The notes beneath the pieces are model-generated. The model worked only from the letters and a program-made list of their open reading frames with translations. It was not told the DNA's origin and ran no database searches. Shown here in pieces: positions 1 to 10,046 of a stretch of 64,000 nucleotides of DNA. The DNA comes from an uncultured Bordetella sp. (GTDB lineage: Bacteria; Pseudomonadota; Alphaproteobacteria; Micropepsales; Micropepsaceae), in NCBI GenBank assembly GCA_964494505.1, contig CAZBRO010000015.1:27876-91875 (forward strand), written 5' to 3'. The translations under genes and the position numbers were made by a program. Within the stretch, counting starts at the first letter, position 1, and every line of letters starts with the position of its first letter.

Positions 1-987
1 GATAGCGACCATGATGCGAAACGCGAAGAAAACGATCGGCACATAGGGGCGATCTTCCGGCGCCGCGGATTTTAGCCCCTGCACCACGCCGTTGACACGA
101 TGCGTGAGAATGAGGCTGCCGAGTTCGGGTATCGCGATTGCATAGTCATTGCGTTCGCCCGCCATGTCGGGCCACGCGAACAGAGTCAGCGGCTGATGCG
201 GCTCCGTTTCCCAATCGCCCTCCATCGCCGCGACCTTGATGGGCTGGTAGCGAAGGCTGTTGAGTCCGTGCGCGTCGCCGATTGCAAGTTGCAGCGGCGC
301 GAGCACGGCTGCGATCCCTATTGCGACCGAAAAGCCCGCACGGGCAAAGGCAAGATGTTGCCGCCGCCAGAGATACCAACCCATTACGCCAATGACGACG
401 AACGTGCCGGTCAGATAGGCGGCAACGACCATATGGAAGAAACGGTACGGAAAGGACGGCGTGAAAATCGCCGCCCACCAGGAGACGATCCTGAAATTGT
501 CGCCTTCCAGGCGAAAGCCGGCTGGCGTCTGCATCCAACTGTTCGCCGCCAGAATCCAGAATGCGCTCGCCACAGCGCCAAGCGCCACTACCATGCAGGA
601 GAGTGAATGCAGCCGCGGTGGAAAGCGGTCTATGCCAAACAGCATGATCCCGATGAATCCGGCTTCCAGGAAAAACGCTGTGAGCACCTCATAGCCGAAG
701 AACGGCCCCAACACATTGCTGGTACGCTCTGCAAAGACACTCCAATTGGTCCCGATCTCATAGGACAGAACGATTCCGGTCACGACACCCATCGCGAAGC
801 CGAGCGCGAACAGATGAATCCAGAAGCGCAATTGCTCTCGATAGACTTGCTTGCGCGTGACAAGCCACATCAAATTCAGAACGACAATGAACCCGGAGAT
901 ACCGATGGTATAAGCCGGCCACAATATGTGATAGCCGATCGTGAACGCGAATTGCAGGCGGGACAGCATCACTGCATCGAGGGTCAT
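1..987 (-). CDS. cydA: cytochrome bd-type quinol oxidase subunit I, N-terminal 329 codons (C-terminus lies beyond the left edge)
   Basis: Absent from the ORF track because it runs off the window. My translation of the minus strand from ATG at 987 gives MTLDAVMLSRLQFAFTIGYHILWPAYTIG...LSYEIGTNWSVFAERTSNVLGPFFGYEVLTAFFLEAGFIGIMLFG...WILAANSWMQTPAGF...YQPIKVAAMEGDWET...PIVFFAFRIMVAI. It stays open in frame to base 1. It is collinear with E. coli CydA blocks (SRLQFA, GTNWS, FFLE, ANGWMQ, AAxExxWET, FAFRIMV). The Q-loop region looks short, as in CioA-type enzymes. Confidence 0.9.
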   Translation of the reverse strand, partial: MTLDAVMLSRLQFAFTIGYHILWPAYTIGISGFIVVLNLMWLVTRKQVYREQLRFWIHLFALGFAMGVVTGIVLSYEIGTNWSVFAERTSNVLGPFFGYEVLTAFFLEAGFIGIMLFGIDRFPPRLHSLSCMVVALGAVASAFWILAANSWMQTPAGFRLEGDNFRIVSWWAAIFTPSFPYRFFHMVVAAYLTGTFVVIGVMGWYLWRRQHLAFARAGFSVAIGIAAVLAPLQLAIGDAHGLNSLRYQPIKVAAMEGDWETEPHQPLTLFAWPDMAGERNDYAIAIPELGSLILTHRVNGVVQGLKSAAPEDRPYVPIVFFAFRIMVAI

Positions 988-1332
988 GGCATACTCTACC
1001 AGCCATTTGAACCATGCCACAAAGGGCATGTTCGTACTCAGGTACTGTGAAGCTCGATGTCACATTGAAGCTCGGGCATTCCGACCATCAGTACGAACGT
1101 CTGAACTGGCCGGATAGCGGCCATTCAGAACCCGCAATGAGTTTCCTGTTGGCGCTCCCAGATAAGCCGAGATGTCCCCCCGGGTCCGCCACATGGCTTC
1201 GGCCGCACAGGCCGCATCGGCTTGCCGCACCGTTGTACAAATGCGATCCTGTGCACAGCGCGGGCAGCAAGTGTTTGCAGCCGTGCGGAGCGTTGGAGAG
1301 GCAGTTCACTTGCCGCCGGGAGGGTTGACACC

Positions 1333-2433
1333 ATGTTGAAAGCAGTAGGTTTTGCAGCAATATGCGGTTCCGCGCTGTTGGCGGCATTCGGTCCCGTAAA
1401 AGCGCAGATTTCAAGCAATCCTTATCATGTCGATTACAACTGGGACAAAATCCAGGGCCGCAAGATCGGTGTTGCTAGCGGATTCAAAATGGATCCCGAC
1501 GGCAAACATCTTTGGATCATCGACCGTTGCGGCGCCAATGGCTGTGCCGATTCGGACCTCGATCCGATCATCGAGGTCACACTCGATGGCAAAATGGTCA
1601 AGAGCTTCGGCAAGGGATTGATCGGCTTCCCGCACGGACTGTTCGTCGACAAACAAGGAAATGTCTGGGTGACCGATGGCGCGCCCGAGGGCGATCCGCG
1701 CGCGGCCGCGAGCGTCAGAAAGCATATCGGCCACACGGTGATGAAATTCAGCCCCGACGGAAAGGTTCTGCTGACCCTTGGCACGCCGGGTGTCTCAGGC
1801 GGCGATGCCACACACATGAACGGACCAACCGGCGTGGTTGTGCAGGATGACGGGACGATCTGGGTAACGGACGGCCACGGCACCGGAACATTTTCGGGGC
1901 CTTACAAGGACAACATGTATGCATCGCGCGGCGGCAACAACCGCCTGGTGGAATTCTCGCCCGACGGCAAATTTGTCCGGCAATGGGGCGGCGGTAAGGG
2001 CTCCGAAGGCAGTATGCCGCTGCAATTCAATGATCCCCACGACATCGAGCTCGATCCCGCCACGGGAAATATGTACATCGCCGACCGGGGCAATCAGCGG
2101 GTTCAGGTCATCGACAAGCACGGAAACTTCATCTCGCGCTGGACGCAGTTCGGCAAACCGAGCGCGATTGCGATCGACAACAAAGAACATATCTATGTGG
2201 CCGACGGAATGTCGAATGAGCGCTGGAATCCAGGCTGGGAACGGGGCATCCGCGTCGGCGACATCAAGACCGGTTGGGTGAAGGCCTTCATACCGGATGA
2301 AATAGACACTCCGGTGGGCAATGGCGTTGCGGGCACCGAATTTCTCGGCGTGGATCCGGATGGCAATATTTATTCCGGCGGCGCAGGCATCAAGGGAATG
2401 GTGGTGCACAAACCGTTCCGCCCGTTGGATTAG
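1333..2433 (+). CDS. secreted NHL-repeat beta-propeller protein (peptidyl-alpha-hydroxyglycine lyase-like fold)
   Basis: Internal ATG at 1333 gives a signal peptide (MLKAVGFAAICGSALLAAFGPVKAQ). Recurring NHL-type blades are present (GNVWVTDG, GTIWVTDGHG, GNMYIADRGNQRVQVID, HIYVADG). It is a paralog of 34194..35303. Confidence 0.8.
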   Translation: MLKAVGFAAICGSALLAAFGPVKAQISSNPYHVDYNWDKIQGRKIGVASGFKMDPDGKHLWIIDRCGANGCADSDLDPIIEVTLDGKMVKSFGKGLIGFPHGLFVDKQGNVWVTDGAPEGDPRAAASVRKHIGHTVMKFSPDGKVLLTLGTPGVSGGDATHMNGPTGVVVQDDGTIWVTDGHGTGTFSGPYKDNMYASRGGNNRLVEFSPDGKFVRQWGGGKGSEGSMPLQFNDPHDIELDPATGNMYIADRGNQRVQVIDKHGNFISRWTQFGKPSAIAIDNKEHIYVADGMSNERWNPGWERGIRVGDIKTGWVKAFIPDEIDTPVGNGVAGTEFLGVDPDGNIYSGGAGIKGMVVHKPFRPLD

Positions 2434-2463
2434 CCATCAGTTTCAGCCGGGAATATCCGGGTG

Positions 2464-4635
2464 CTACACCCCTCCGTTGCTAAGATCCTGTCCGCGGATC
2501 GGCAGCGAGCGTAAGCGCTTGCCGGTGGCGGCGAAGATCGCATTGGTGATCGCGGGCTGGATCATGGTCGCGCCGGGTTCGCCGATACCGCCCCATCGCT
2601 TGCCGGGCGTGGGCGAGATGTAGACTTCCGTCTTCGGCGCGTCCTTGAGGCGCACGACCGGATAGGTATCGAAATTGCCCTGTTCGACGCGGCCGTCCTT
2701 GACTGTGATCTCGCCGAACAGCGCCGCTGAAAGCCCGTAGATCATGCCGCCTTCGAGTTGCGTCTCGACGCCGCGCGGGTTGACGACCGTGCCGCAATCG
2801 CACGCGATGACCACGCGCTCGACCTTGACTTGGCCGTTACTCACCGCAACCTCGGCGATCATGCCGACGATCGAGTCATAAGACTCGTTAAGGGCGACGC
2901 CACGTCCTGAACCGCGAGGCATCGGCTTGCCCCAGTCGCCCTTCTCGACCAGGAGATCGATCACCTGCTGGAAGTCGGGGCGATGCGCAAGCAGCTCGCG
3001 CCGCAGCTCCACCGGGTCCTTGCCGGACGCGTGCGCCATTTCGTCGATGAAGCTTTCCATGAAGAACACGTTCTGCGAATGGCCCGGTGCGCGCCATGGG
3101 CCAAGCGGCACATGGGTGTTCTTGAGGATGGAGACTACGCGGTAGTTCGGTAGCTTGTAGGCCGTGTTGATCAAGCCCTGCATCGTCTGCGCGTCGAGCC
3201 CGTCCTTCACGGCGCCCGGGTTCGCGCTGCCCGCGGAGTTGCGCATATCGAGCGCAATCGGCGTTCCGTCGGCCGCAAAACCCGCCTTGAAGCGGATCGC
3301 GGCCTGCGTGCGGTAACGGCCCTGTCGAATTTCTTCCTCGCGTGTCCAGACAAGCTTCACCGGCTTGCCGACCGCCTTGGAAACCGCAACGGCTTGGGCA
3401 ACTTCGTCGGGACCCAACCTTCGGCCGAAGCCGCCGCCGGAAAACGTGTTGTGGATGAAGACGTTCTCAGGCTTCTGGCCTGAGGCTTGTGCGGCAAGAG
3501 CCAGCGCGGCGTCGGCGTTCTGAGTGCCAACCCAAACGTCCACACGATCGGCCTGCACATGCGCGATGGCGTTGAGCGGCTCCATGGGTGCGTGCGCGAT
3601 GATCGGCACGTCGTAGGTTGCCTCGACCACCTTGGCGGCTGTGGCCATGGCGGCGTCGACGTTGCCGTCGTGACGCGCCTCGGCGCCTTTCTGGTCCAGC
3701 GCATCAAGATACGCCTTGCGGAATTGCGCGCTGTTGGTTGTGCCTGCAGGCCCGACCTCCCACTCGATCTTCAGCGCGTTCAGCGCTTTCTGAGCGCGGA
3801 AGGTGCGGTCCGCCACGACAGCGACCGCGTCCTTGAGCTTGACCACTTGAACGCCGCCGCGGCGGGAGGCGATCGCGCTTTCGTCGACCGATTTCACCGT
3901 GCCGCCGAACACCGGGGATTTGATGATCGCGGCCCGCACCATGCCGGGCACTTCCAAATCGATTCCGTATTTCGCCGAACCGTTGATCTTGAGGGGCACG
4001 TCCAACCGCGCGAGCCGCCGGCCGATGAACTTGTACTGATCCGGCCGCTTGAGCGCCGGCTCCTTGTCGAGTTTGATTGCCGCCGCCTCGACCGCCAGTT
4101 CGCCGAAACGGTAGGTGCGCGCGCTCGGCTTGTGCGTGACCTTGCTCATGGCGGCCTGGCACTCGGACGCAGGCACGCTCCAGCGCTTCGCAGCCGCAGC
4201 GATCAAGCGTTCGCGCGCGCTCGCGCCGGCCTGCTGGACGATATCGCCGGTCTCGCGCACGGCACGGCTGCCGCCGGTGGAGAGGCTTCCGTAAACTTTG
4301 TTCTCCCTGACATTGCGATTGGCCGAAGCATATTCCGGCTTGACCAGCGCCCAATCGCATTCGAGCTCCTCGGCCAGAATCTGCGGCAGGGCGGTGAAGC
4401 TCCCTTGCCCCATCTCGGCGCGCCCATAGCGGATGATCACGGTGTCATCGGGCTGGATCACGACCCAGGCGTTGATCTCGCCGGGATAGCGGGTGGTGTC
4501 ATCGTTCCAGGGACGCACGCTCAAGGTTGCTGCCTCCGCCGGAGCGAAGATGCCGACGCCGAGCGCAAAGCCGCCGCCGGCGGTGAGCGCAGTGGCGACG
4601 AACTGGCGACGGGAGAGATTTGTAAAGGTCATCAT
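2464..4635 (-). CDS. molybdopterin-binding aldehyde oxidase/xanthine dehydrogenase-family large subunit (IorB-like), Tat signal
   Basis: 723 aa. The N-terminus LSRRQFVATALTAGGGFALGV is a twin-arginine signal. The length and blocks (GQG..T, GGGFGRR) are typical of isoquinoline 1-oxidoreductase beta-type subunits. A GGGAGGG RBS precedes the ATG. Confidence 0.9.
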   Translation of the reverse strand: MMTFTNLSRRQFVATALTAGGGFALGVGIFAPAEAATLSVRPWNDDTTRYPGEINAWVVIQPDDTVIIRYGRAEMGQGSFTALPQILAEELECDWALVKPEYASANRNVRENKVYGSLSTGGSRAVRETGDIVQQAGASARERLIAAAAKRWSVPASECQAAMSKVTHKPSARTYRFGELAVEAAAIKLDKEPALKRPDQYKFIGRRLARLDVPLKINGSAKYGIDLEVPGMVRAAIIKSPVFGGTVKSVDESAIASRRGGVQVVKLKDAVAVVADRTFRAQKALNALKIEWEVGPAGTTNSAQFRKAYLDALDQKGAEARHDGNVDAAMATAAKVVEATYDVPIIAHAPMEPLNAIAHVQADRVDVWVGTQNADAALALAAQASGQKPENVFIHNTFSGGGFGRRLGPDEVAQAVAVSKAVGKPVKLVWTREEEIRQGRYRTQAAIRFKAGFAADGTPIALDMRNSAGSANPGAVKDGLDAQTMQGLINTAYKLPNYRVVSILKNTHVPLGPWRAPGHSQNVFFMESFIDEMAHASGKDPVELRRELLAHRPDFQQVIDLLVEKGDWGKPMPRGSGRGVALNESYDSIVGMIAEVAVSNGQVKVERVVIACDCGTVVNPRGVETQLEGGMIYGLSAALFGEITVKDGRVEQGNFDTYPVVRLKDAPKTEVYISPTPGKRWGGIGEPGATMIQPAITNAIFAATGKRLRSLPIRGQDLSNGGV

Positions 4636-4648
4636 GGTGCCCTCCCGC

Positions 4649-5104
4649 TCACGTACGCATCAAGGCTGCAGCGCGATGCACCGCGCGGCGGAGCCGCTCG
4701 TAGGTGCCGCAACGGCAGATGTTGGTGAGATTGGCGTCGATATCGGCGTCGGTCGGGTTTGGATTGGTCTTGAGATAGGCGACCGTCGCCATGATCTGGC
4801 CGGACTGGCAGTAGCCGCATTGCGGGACCTGTTCGGTCAACCACGCCTGCTGAACCGGGTGCGTGCTGTTGGGCGACAGCCCCTCGATGGTCGTGATCTG
4901 CTTTCCGGCGACGGTCCTGACCGGCACCGAGCAGGACCGAATGGCCTCTCCGTTGACGTGCACGGTGCAAGCACCGCACTGGGCGATGCCGCAGCCGAAT
5001 TTCGTTCCCGTCAGTCCGATCTCTTCCCGCAACACCCAGAGAAGCGGGGTCTCATCCTCGACATCGATCTGATGCGAGGTCCCGTTGACGACGATGTTGA
5101 CCAT
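4649..5104 (-). CDS. (2Fe-2S)-binding small subunit (IorA-like)
   Basis: MVNIVVNG...[16 protein letters not shown]...[11 protein letters not shown]...NICRCGTY shows the two classic [2Fe-2S] cysteine clusters. I chose the start at the internal ATG 5104. The gene lies 13 nt upstream of its large subunit. Confidence 0.9.
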   Translation of the reverse strand: MVNIVVNGTSHQIDVEDETPLLWVLREEIGLTGTKFGCGIAQCGACTVHVNGEAIRSCSVPVRTVAGKQITTIEGLSPNSTHPVQQAWLTEQVPQCGYCQSGQIMATVAYLKTNPNPTDADIDANLTNICRCGTYERLRRAVHRAAALMRT

Positions 5105-5372
5105 GATGTCCTTCCTCGTGCCTTCCGCCGGGCAGCCGGCCGGCGCAAAACCGGGGTGCCTCAAACCCATTCAACCTAGCACGGATTGCTTCCCGTGCGC
5201 AGCAAACGCGCGTTCCGATGACGATCGGCACGATAAGATTTTGATCTTTCTGGTATTTTACGAGGCCCCACTCCGACGCCCATTCTCACTGTGCCGCTCG
5301 ATGGGCGCAGACGTCGGAGGTTACGCGACTGCGGTTCGAAATAGCGTGCCAAACAGGCAATACGAGTCCGAA

Positions 5373-7727
5373 TCAACCCCAGGTCAGGTCGTGATTGCGG
5401 AAGGGCAGGTCCCGATAACGCTTTCCGGTGATCTGGAAAATGGCATCGGCAATGCCGGATTGAATGGAAGTGCCACGGTCGTGCCCCATGCCATCCAGCC
5501 AATGCCCGGTCTTAAAGAAGGTGATGTTGATTTGCGGCGGGTCCTCCTTGATGCGCGACAGCAAGAATGTATCGAAGTTGTTCTCCGCCATGCGGCCTTC
5601 TGTGACGTTGACCTCTTGATACATCGCGTCGTTGTAGAACCACACGATCTGGCCTTCGATCTGTTTTCTGACCGTTAGCGGATTGACCAAACCGAATCCT
5701 TCGTCATGCGCGATATCGACGCGCTCCAGACGCACTTGGCCTTGCTTGCTGATCGAAACGGTATGGACTTGGGCACTGATGGTCGCATGGTGGCCGGCCT
5801 CGGCTCCGCGTTCTTCGAGCGCGATGGCCCGCGCCGTCCCTTGCGGCAGCGGCGTGCCCCAGCCCGACATCTTCGCGGCAGTGTCCAACGCATTGATCAT
5901 GTCGGCCTTGTAAGGAAGATTGGTGCGCGCAATCAACTCACGGCGGTAAAGGTACGGGTCCTTGCCGGCGGCGTGGGCAAGTTCATCCATAAAGCTCTCG
6001 CGATAAAAATGCTGGGCCGGCGCGCCCACGCCACGTCGCGTGCCCACGGGAATGTGGAACCGCGCGCTATGCATGGAAAAGCGGTAATTGGGCGTGAAAT
6101 AGCGCGCGGCGACATCGAATCCAGCGTTGGCACCGGGGGCTTCCGCATCTGTGGCAGTCCGGACTTCAATCGCGATCGGCCAGCCATCTTTATCGAGAGC
6201 GGCGCGTAAGCGTGCGACGCCTATGGAGCGATACGTGGTGTTGATGAAGTCTTCCTCGCGCGTCCACAGAAGATGGATGGGAATACCGCGGTTATGGTTG
6301 GCGATGTAGATCGCCTGTTCGGCTTGCGGGCCGTTGCCGTTGCGGCCATAGCCGCCGCCCAGATGACACAAATGGATATAGACGTTGGCCTCCGGAATGC
6401 CGGTGATCTGGGAGGCCGAATAGCGCGTCTCCTGCGGGCTCTGGTCACCGATCCAGATGTCGACGCGGTTGTCGGTGACAAGCACGGTCGCGTTTCCGGG
6501 CTCCATCCGGGCACGCGGGAGATAGGGCACCGAATACGTCGCTTCAACGATTTTCGCGGCGCCCCCGAACGCGCGGTCGCAATCTCCGATATTCACGCCG
6601 ACTTTGCCGGGCTGGTTTAAGGCCGCCGCCAGTTCTGCCCGTATGTTGGCCGTGTTCCGTCGGGCGTATTCGGGCGGCACATCCCATTCTATCGGCATCT
6701 TCTCGATGGCCGTCTCGGCCTGGTACCAGCTGTCCCCGATGACGGCGACGCCGCCGCCAAAGATACGGCCCCGAATCAATTTCGGCTCGGGGATTGGGAA
6801 TTGGATTGCTGAGATGACGCCTGGCTCGTTGCGGATCCGCTCGAAATCGTAACGCTTCACCTTGCCGCCATAGACCGGGCAGGATTTAACCGCCGCCCAT
6901 TTCATGCCGGGCAGTTTGACGTCGATGCCGTAGACGGCTTTGCCGCTGACTTTCAGAGGGACATCGAGATTCTTCTGCTCGGTCCCCATCAGCGTCCATT
7001 CCGAGGGGGATTTGATGCGGATCTGCTCAGGGTTCGGGTGGGGAGTCTGAGCAGCGAGTGCGGCAACCTTGCCATAGGTGATGGTGCGCCCCGTCGGCCG
7101 GTGGGTGATAACACCGTTGGCCGAGTTCACCTCTTTGACAGACACCCCCCAGGTCTTGGCGGCCGCCAACAGTAGTCGCTCGCGCGCTTCCGCGCCGGCA
7201 AGTTGAAGATAATAGCGGCCGTCCTTCACCGACGCAGCGGCGTTGGTCCGCATACGCCGGTAGAGGCTGTCCGGGATTCCGGTTACGCCGGTCCGGTCGC
7301 GGGTGCCGAACTCGGGCTCTCCCCCGCCGGAGGGGTCGGTGGCGCCATTGCCCATGACGTTAAGCGTCCATTTTGGCGCCATTTCTTTCGCGTCACGATT
7401 GGCGGAGGCGTATTGCGGCCGGACTTTGTTCCAGTCGCATTGCAGTTCTTCGGCGACGATCATGGCGTTGGAGGTCCACACACCCTGGCCGAGCTCAGTC
7501 TGGGCGATCCGGACGGTCACCGTCTCGTCGGGCGCGACAACAACCCAGGCATTGACTTCATCGGCTACGGATTCATTGGACCATGCGGCACCTTCCGGAT
7601 TTGTGGTTTGCGCTTGAACCCGTTGCGGCATCCAGAAGCCGATAACGAGAGCACCGGTTGCAGCGGCGGCGGTGGAGAGAAGATCACGCCGGGAAAGAGC
7701 CGGTGCGGTGCGATCGTTGGTGCTCAC
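5373..7727 (-). CDS. second IorB-like molybdopterin large subunit, Tat signal
   Basis: I set the start at GTG 7727 (GGAGGA RBS), which overlaps the TGA of the upstream 2Fe-2S gene as GTGA. The product begins VSTNDRTAPALSRRDLLSTAAAATGALVIGF (Tat signal). It is a paralog of 2464..4635. Confidence 0.88.
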   Translation of the reverse strand: MSTNDRTAPALSRRDLLSTAAAATGALVIGFWMPQRVQAQTTNPEGAAWSNESVADEVNAWVVVAPDETVTVRIAQTELGQGVWTSNAMIVAEELQCDWNKVRPQYASANRDAKEMAPKWTLNVMGNGATDPSGGGEPEFGTRDRTGVTGIPDSLYRRMRTNAAASVKDGRYYLQLAGAEARERLLLAAAKTWGVSVKEVNSANGVITHRPTGRTITYGKVAALAAQTPHPNPEQIRIKSPSEWTLMGTEQKNLDVPLKVSGKAVYGIDVKLPGMKWAAVKSCPVYGGKVKRYDFERIRNEPGVISAIQFPIPEPKLIRGRIFGGGVAVIGDSWYQAETAIEKMPIEWDVPPEYARRNTANIRAELAAALNQPGKVGVNIGDCDRAFGGAAKIVEATYSVPYLPRARMEPGNATVLVTDNRVDIWIGDQSPQETRYSASQITGIPEANVYIHLCHLGGGYGRNGNGPQAEQAIYIANHNRGIPIHLLWTREEDFINTTYRSIGVARLRAALDKDGWPIAIEVRTATDAEAPGANAGFDVAARYFTPNYRFSMHSARFHIPVGTRRGVGAPAQHFYRESFMDELAHAAGKDPYLYRRELIARTNLPYKADMINALDTAAKMSGWGTPLPQGTARAIALEERGAEAGHHATISAQVHTVSISKQGQVRLERVDIAHDEGFGLVNPLTVRKQIEGQIVWFYNDAMYQEVNVTEGRMAENNFDTFLLSRIKEDPPQINITFFKTGHWLDGMGHDRGTSIQSGIADAIFQITGKRYRDLPFRNHDLTWG

Positions 7728-8197
7728 AGTGTCCTCCCTTCCGCCGAAATCTTCGTGGCGGCCAGTCGGATTGCCTGACGGATGCGATGATACGTGCTGC
7801 AACGGCACGCATTGGTGATCTCAGCGTCGATCTCCGCATTGGTCGGATTCGGGCGTTTCTTAAGCAGAGCCACAACACTCATGATCATCCCCGATTGGCA
7901 GTATCCACATTGCGGAACGTCGAGCTCGATCCAAGCGAGCTGCACGGGATGTTTGCCATCAGGCGACAAGCCTTCGATCGTGGTCACAGCCTTACCGACT
8001 GCGGCCGAGACCGGAACGCTGCAGGAGCGAACGGGACGGCCGTCAATGTGCAGCGTGCAGGCGCCGCATTGGGCAATGCCGCAGCTGAATTTGGTCCCTG
8101 TCAGTCCAAGATGGTCGCGGATAACCCAGAGCAGCGGCGTTTCAGGCGCTACCTCAAGCGAATGCCGAACGCCGTTCACTGTAAGGTCTACTGCCAT
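7724..8197 (-). CDS. (2Fe-2S)-binding small subunit (IorA-like), second copy
   Basis: MAVDLTVNG...[16 protein letters not shown]...[11 protein letters not shown]...NACRCSTY. The stop is coupled to the downstream large subunit. Confidence 0.9.
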   Translation of the reverse strand: MAVDLTVNGVRHSLEVAPETPLLWVIRDHLGLTGTKFSCGIAQCGACTLHIDGRPVRSCSVPVSAAVGKAVTTIEGLSPDGKHPVQLAWIELDVPQCGYCQSGMIMSVVALLKKRPNPTNAEIDAEITNACRCSTYHRIRQAIRLAATKISAEGRTL

Positions 8198-8577
8198 AGC
8201 GTCCCCTCACCGATTGACTATTTCCCGCGCGCATCTCCGCACCGATCGAGGGTCGTCAGCGTAAACCCGCCCGCGGCTCGGAGCGATGCTGTCTCTTTCC
8301 ATCGACCCTTGCCTTTTATCTTAACAAAACGCGTGGGTTATCTCCACGCCGCTGAAGGGAGGGCGCCCCAAGGAGCAGCGACATCGTGAAAAGTCGATTT
8401 TGCCGATGACCACCCTCAACCGGCTGCGGGGGGCATTTACCGCCTTAGGCGCAAAACGACTGTTCGACCGCTCGCTCCAGAGCGAAAATCGGACTAAGGG
8501 TGAGGCAAGCGTCGTGAGTAAGATACGCCGACAGCAATTCCGAGACAGATCGAGGCCTTCTGCGGAGGAAAGCGCGA

Positions 8578-9159
8578 ATGGGCGTTTCAGTGACACCGGC
8601 CGAACTTCCAAACGGATGGGCAGATGGTGAGCTTCCGACCAATGTGCGATTGGGCAGGGGCTGCCGGATTCTCGGGGTGGACTCGTTCAAGCGCTTCTTC
8701 TCAGAACACGAGGTCGGACTGTCCATCGGAGATGGCAGTCTCGCAGACGGCGTTAAGTTTGCCGTTGGCCCCAAAGGCCGAATCCTGATCGGGAAGAATT
8801 CCTATCTGAACGACTGCATCCTGCTGGCCGAGGAAGAAATCGAGATTGGAAACCACGTGGTGATCGGTTGGAACACCACCATAGCGGACAGTGACTTTCA
8901 TCCGCTCTCACCAGCGGCACGAATCCTGGATGCAATTGCGCTCTCCCCCGCGAACGAAGGCCGCGCCCGCCCTGAGACTGTTCGCCGGCCCGTGTCCATC
9001 GCCGATGACGTATTTATCGGTCCGGCATGCACGATTCTGAAAGGAGTCAGTATCGGCGCAGGCGCCTTTATCGAACCTGGAAGCGTGATCACAAGCAACG
9101 TGCCGGCCAACGCTCATATGCTCGGTAATCCCGCTTCAATCGTCGCTGTGTTCGAATGA
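8578..9159 (+). CDS. hexapeptide-repeat (left-handed beta-helix) acyl/acetyltransferase
   Basis: Imperfect [LIV]-G-x4 hexapeptide runs are present (IGNHVVIGWNTTI, VSIADDVFIGPACTILKGVSIGAGAFIEPGSVI). A GGAGGA RBS precedes the ATG. Confidence 0.8.
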   Translation: MGVSVTPAELPNGWADGELPTNVRLGRGCRILGVDSFKRFFSEHEVGLSIGDGSLADGVKFAVGPKGRILIGKNSYLNDCILLAEEEIEIGNHVVIGWNTTIADSDFHPLSPAARILDAIALSPANEGRARPETVRRPVSIADDVFIGPACTILKGVSIGAGAFIEPGSVITSNVPANAHMLGNPASIVAVFE

Positions 9160-9752
9160 GCAGATCAATTCTGACAGGCGCGAACAGGCTGCCGAACGAC
9201 TGGTATGACGGCGCGATTCCAGGCAACGTCAGATATGACGCAAGCAATTTCATCGAGTCGAGTTATTCGTTTCGCTATTTCCGCAGCCGTTCGCCGGACG
9301 CTTTGACGTTAGGCCGCGGCGCGTCGATTTACACCAACGCCACACTCGATTTCGGTCTCGATGCACGCGTCTCGATCGGAGCATTTGCAATGCTGAACGG
9401 GACGAAGATCATTTGCGACGACAGTATAACCATCGGCGATTATTGCCTGGTGTCATGGAATGTCGTCTTGATGGACAACTATCGGGTCCCGCATTGCGCC
9501 GTGAAGAGGCGTTCATACGTGGATGCCTTGTTGAACAACACCGATAAAGTTGTCGGTCTACAGGATCGACCACGACCGATCGCAATCGAGGCCAATGTCT
9601 GGATAGGGCATGATACGGTCGTTTTGCCGGGTGTAACGATCGGCATGGGCGCAGTGATAGGGGCACGCTCCGTCGTGTTTGGATCAATTCCTCAATTCAG
9701 CGTCGCCGCAGGCAATCCCGCACGTGTTCTCCGATCTCTGGAATCCGATTAG
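9156..9752 (+). CDS. hexapeptide-repeat acyl/acetyltransferase, second copy
   Basis: ATGA overlap with the upstream gene. Motifs: IEANVWIGHDTVVLPGVTIGMGAVIGARSVV. Confidence 0.8.
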   Translation: MSRSILTGANRLPNDWYDGAIPGNVRYDASNFIESSYSFRYFRSRSPDALTLGRGASIYTNATLDFGLDARVSIGAFAMLNGTKIICDDSITIGDYCLVSWNVVLMDNYRVPHCAVKRRSYVDALLNNTDKVVGLQDRPRPIAIEANVWIGHDTVVLPGVTIGMGAVIGARSVVFGSIPQFSVAAGNPARVLRSLESD

Positions 9753-10046
9753 GAAGATGCTTTAGCGGAAACCCATCCCGTCTCATTTCGTTGCTGCCTC
9801 AAAGATGTGCAGCGTACGGAATTGGACCCCTGCGGCAATCGGAACGGCTTTGGCTTTACTTTTGGTCACCAGAAGCGTGACCGCAGATTACCGCGCGCTT
9901 TCAAAATCGGAACTCTGTGACAAGTTTTGGAATCGCTTCAGCGGTCATTCGCAACGGGGCGATAAAGCCTTTATCTCGCCTTAATGCAATGAGAAACGAG
10001 AACTGAATTACAGATGAGGCGTTTCCGATGCTCGCAACGGTCAATG

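Noticed and set aside
2434-2463. Hairpin ccgg-gaatat-ccgg between the convergent NHL and IorB genes, considered as a bidirectional terminator
   Set aside because: The stem is only 4 bp and there is no U/A tract. It is too weak to call.
3487-4728. 413-aa plus-strand ORF
   Set aside because: It is entirely antisense to the IorB-like gene 2464-4635. The composition is Arg/Gly/Ala/His/Asp-rich and low in complexity, there are no motifs, and it is a typical shadow ORF of GC-rich DNA. The same reasoning applies to 1795-2409(-), 21536-22402(-), 22396-23694(-), 32400-33380(+), 36692-37558(-), 39091-40059(+), 44093-44965(+), 45191-46183(+), 49126-49914(-), 55874-56860(+), 58011-58769(+), 58809-59621(+) and 61859-62851(-).
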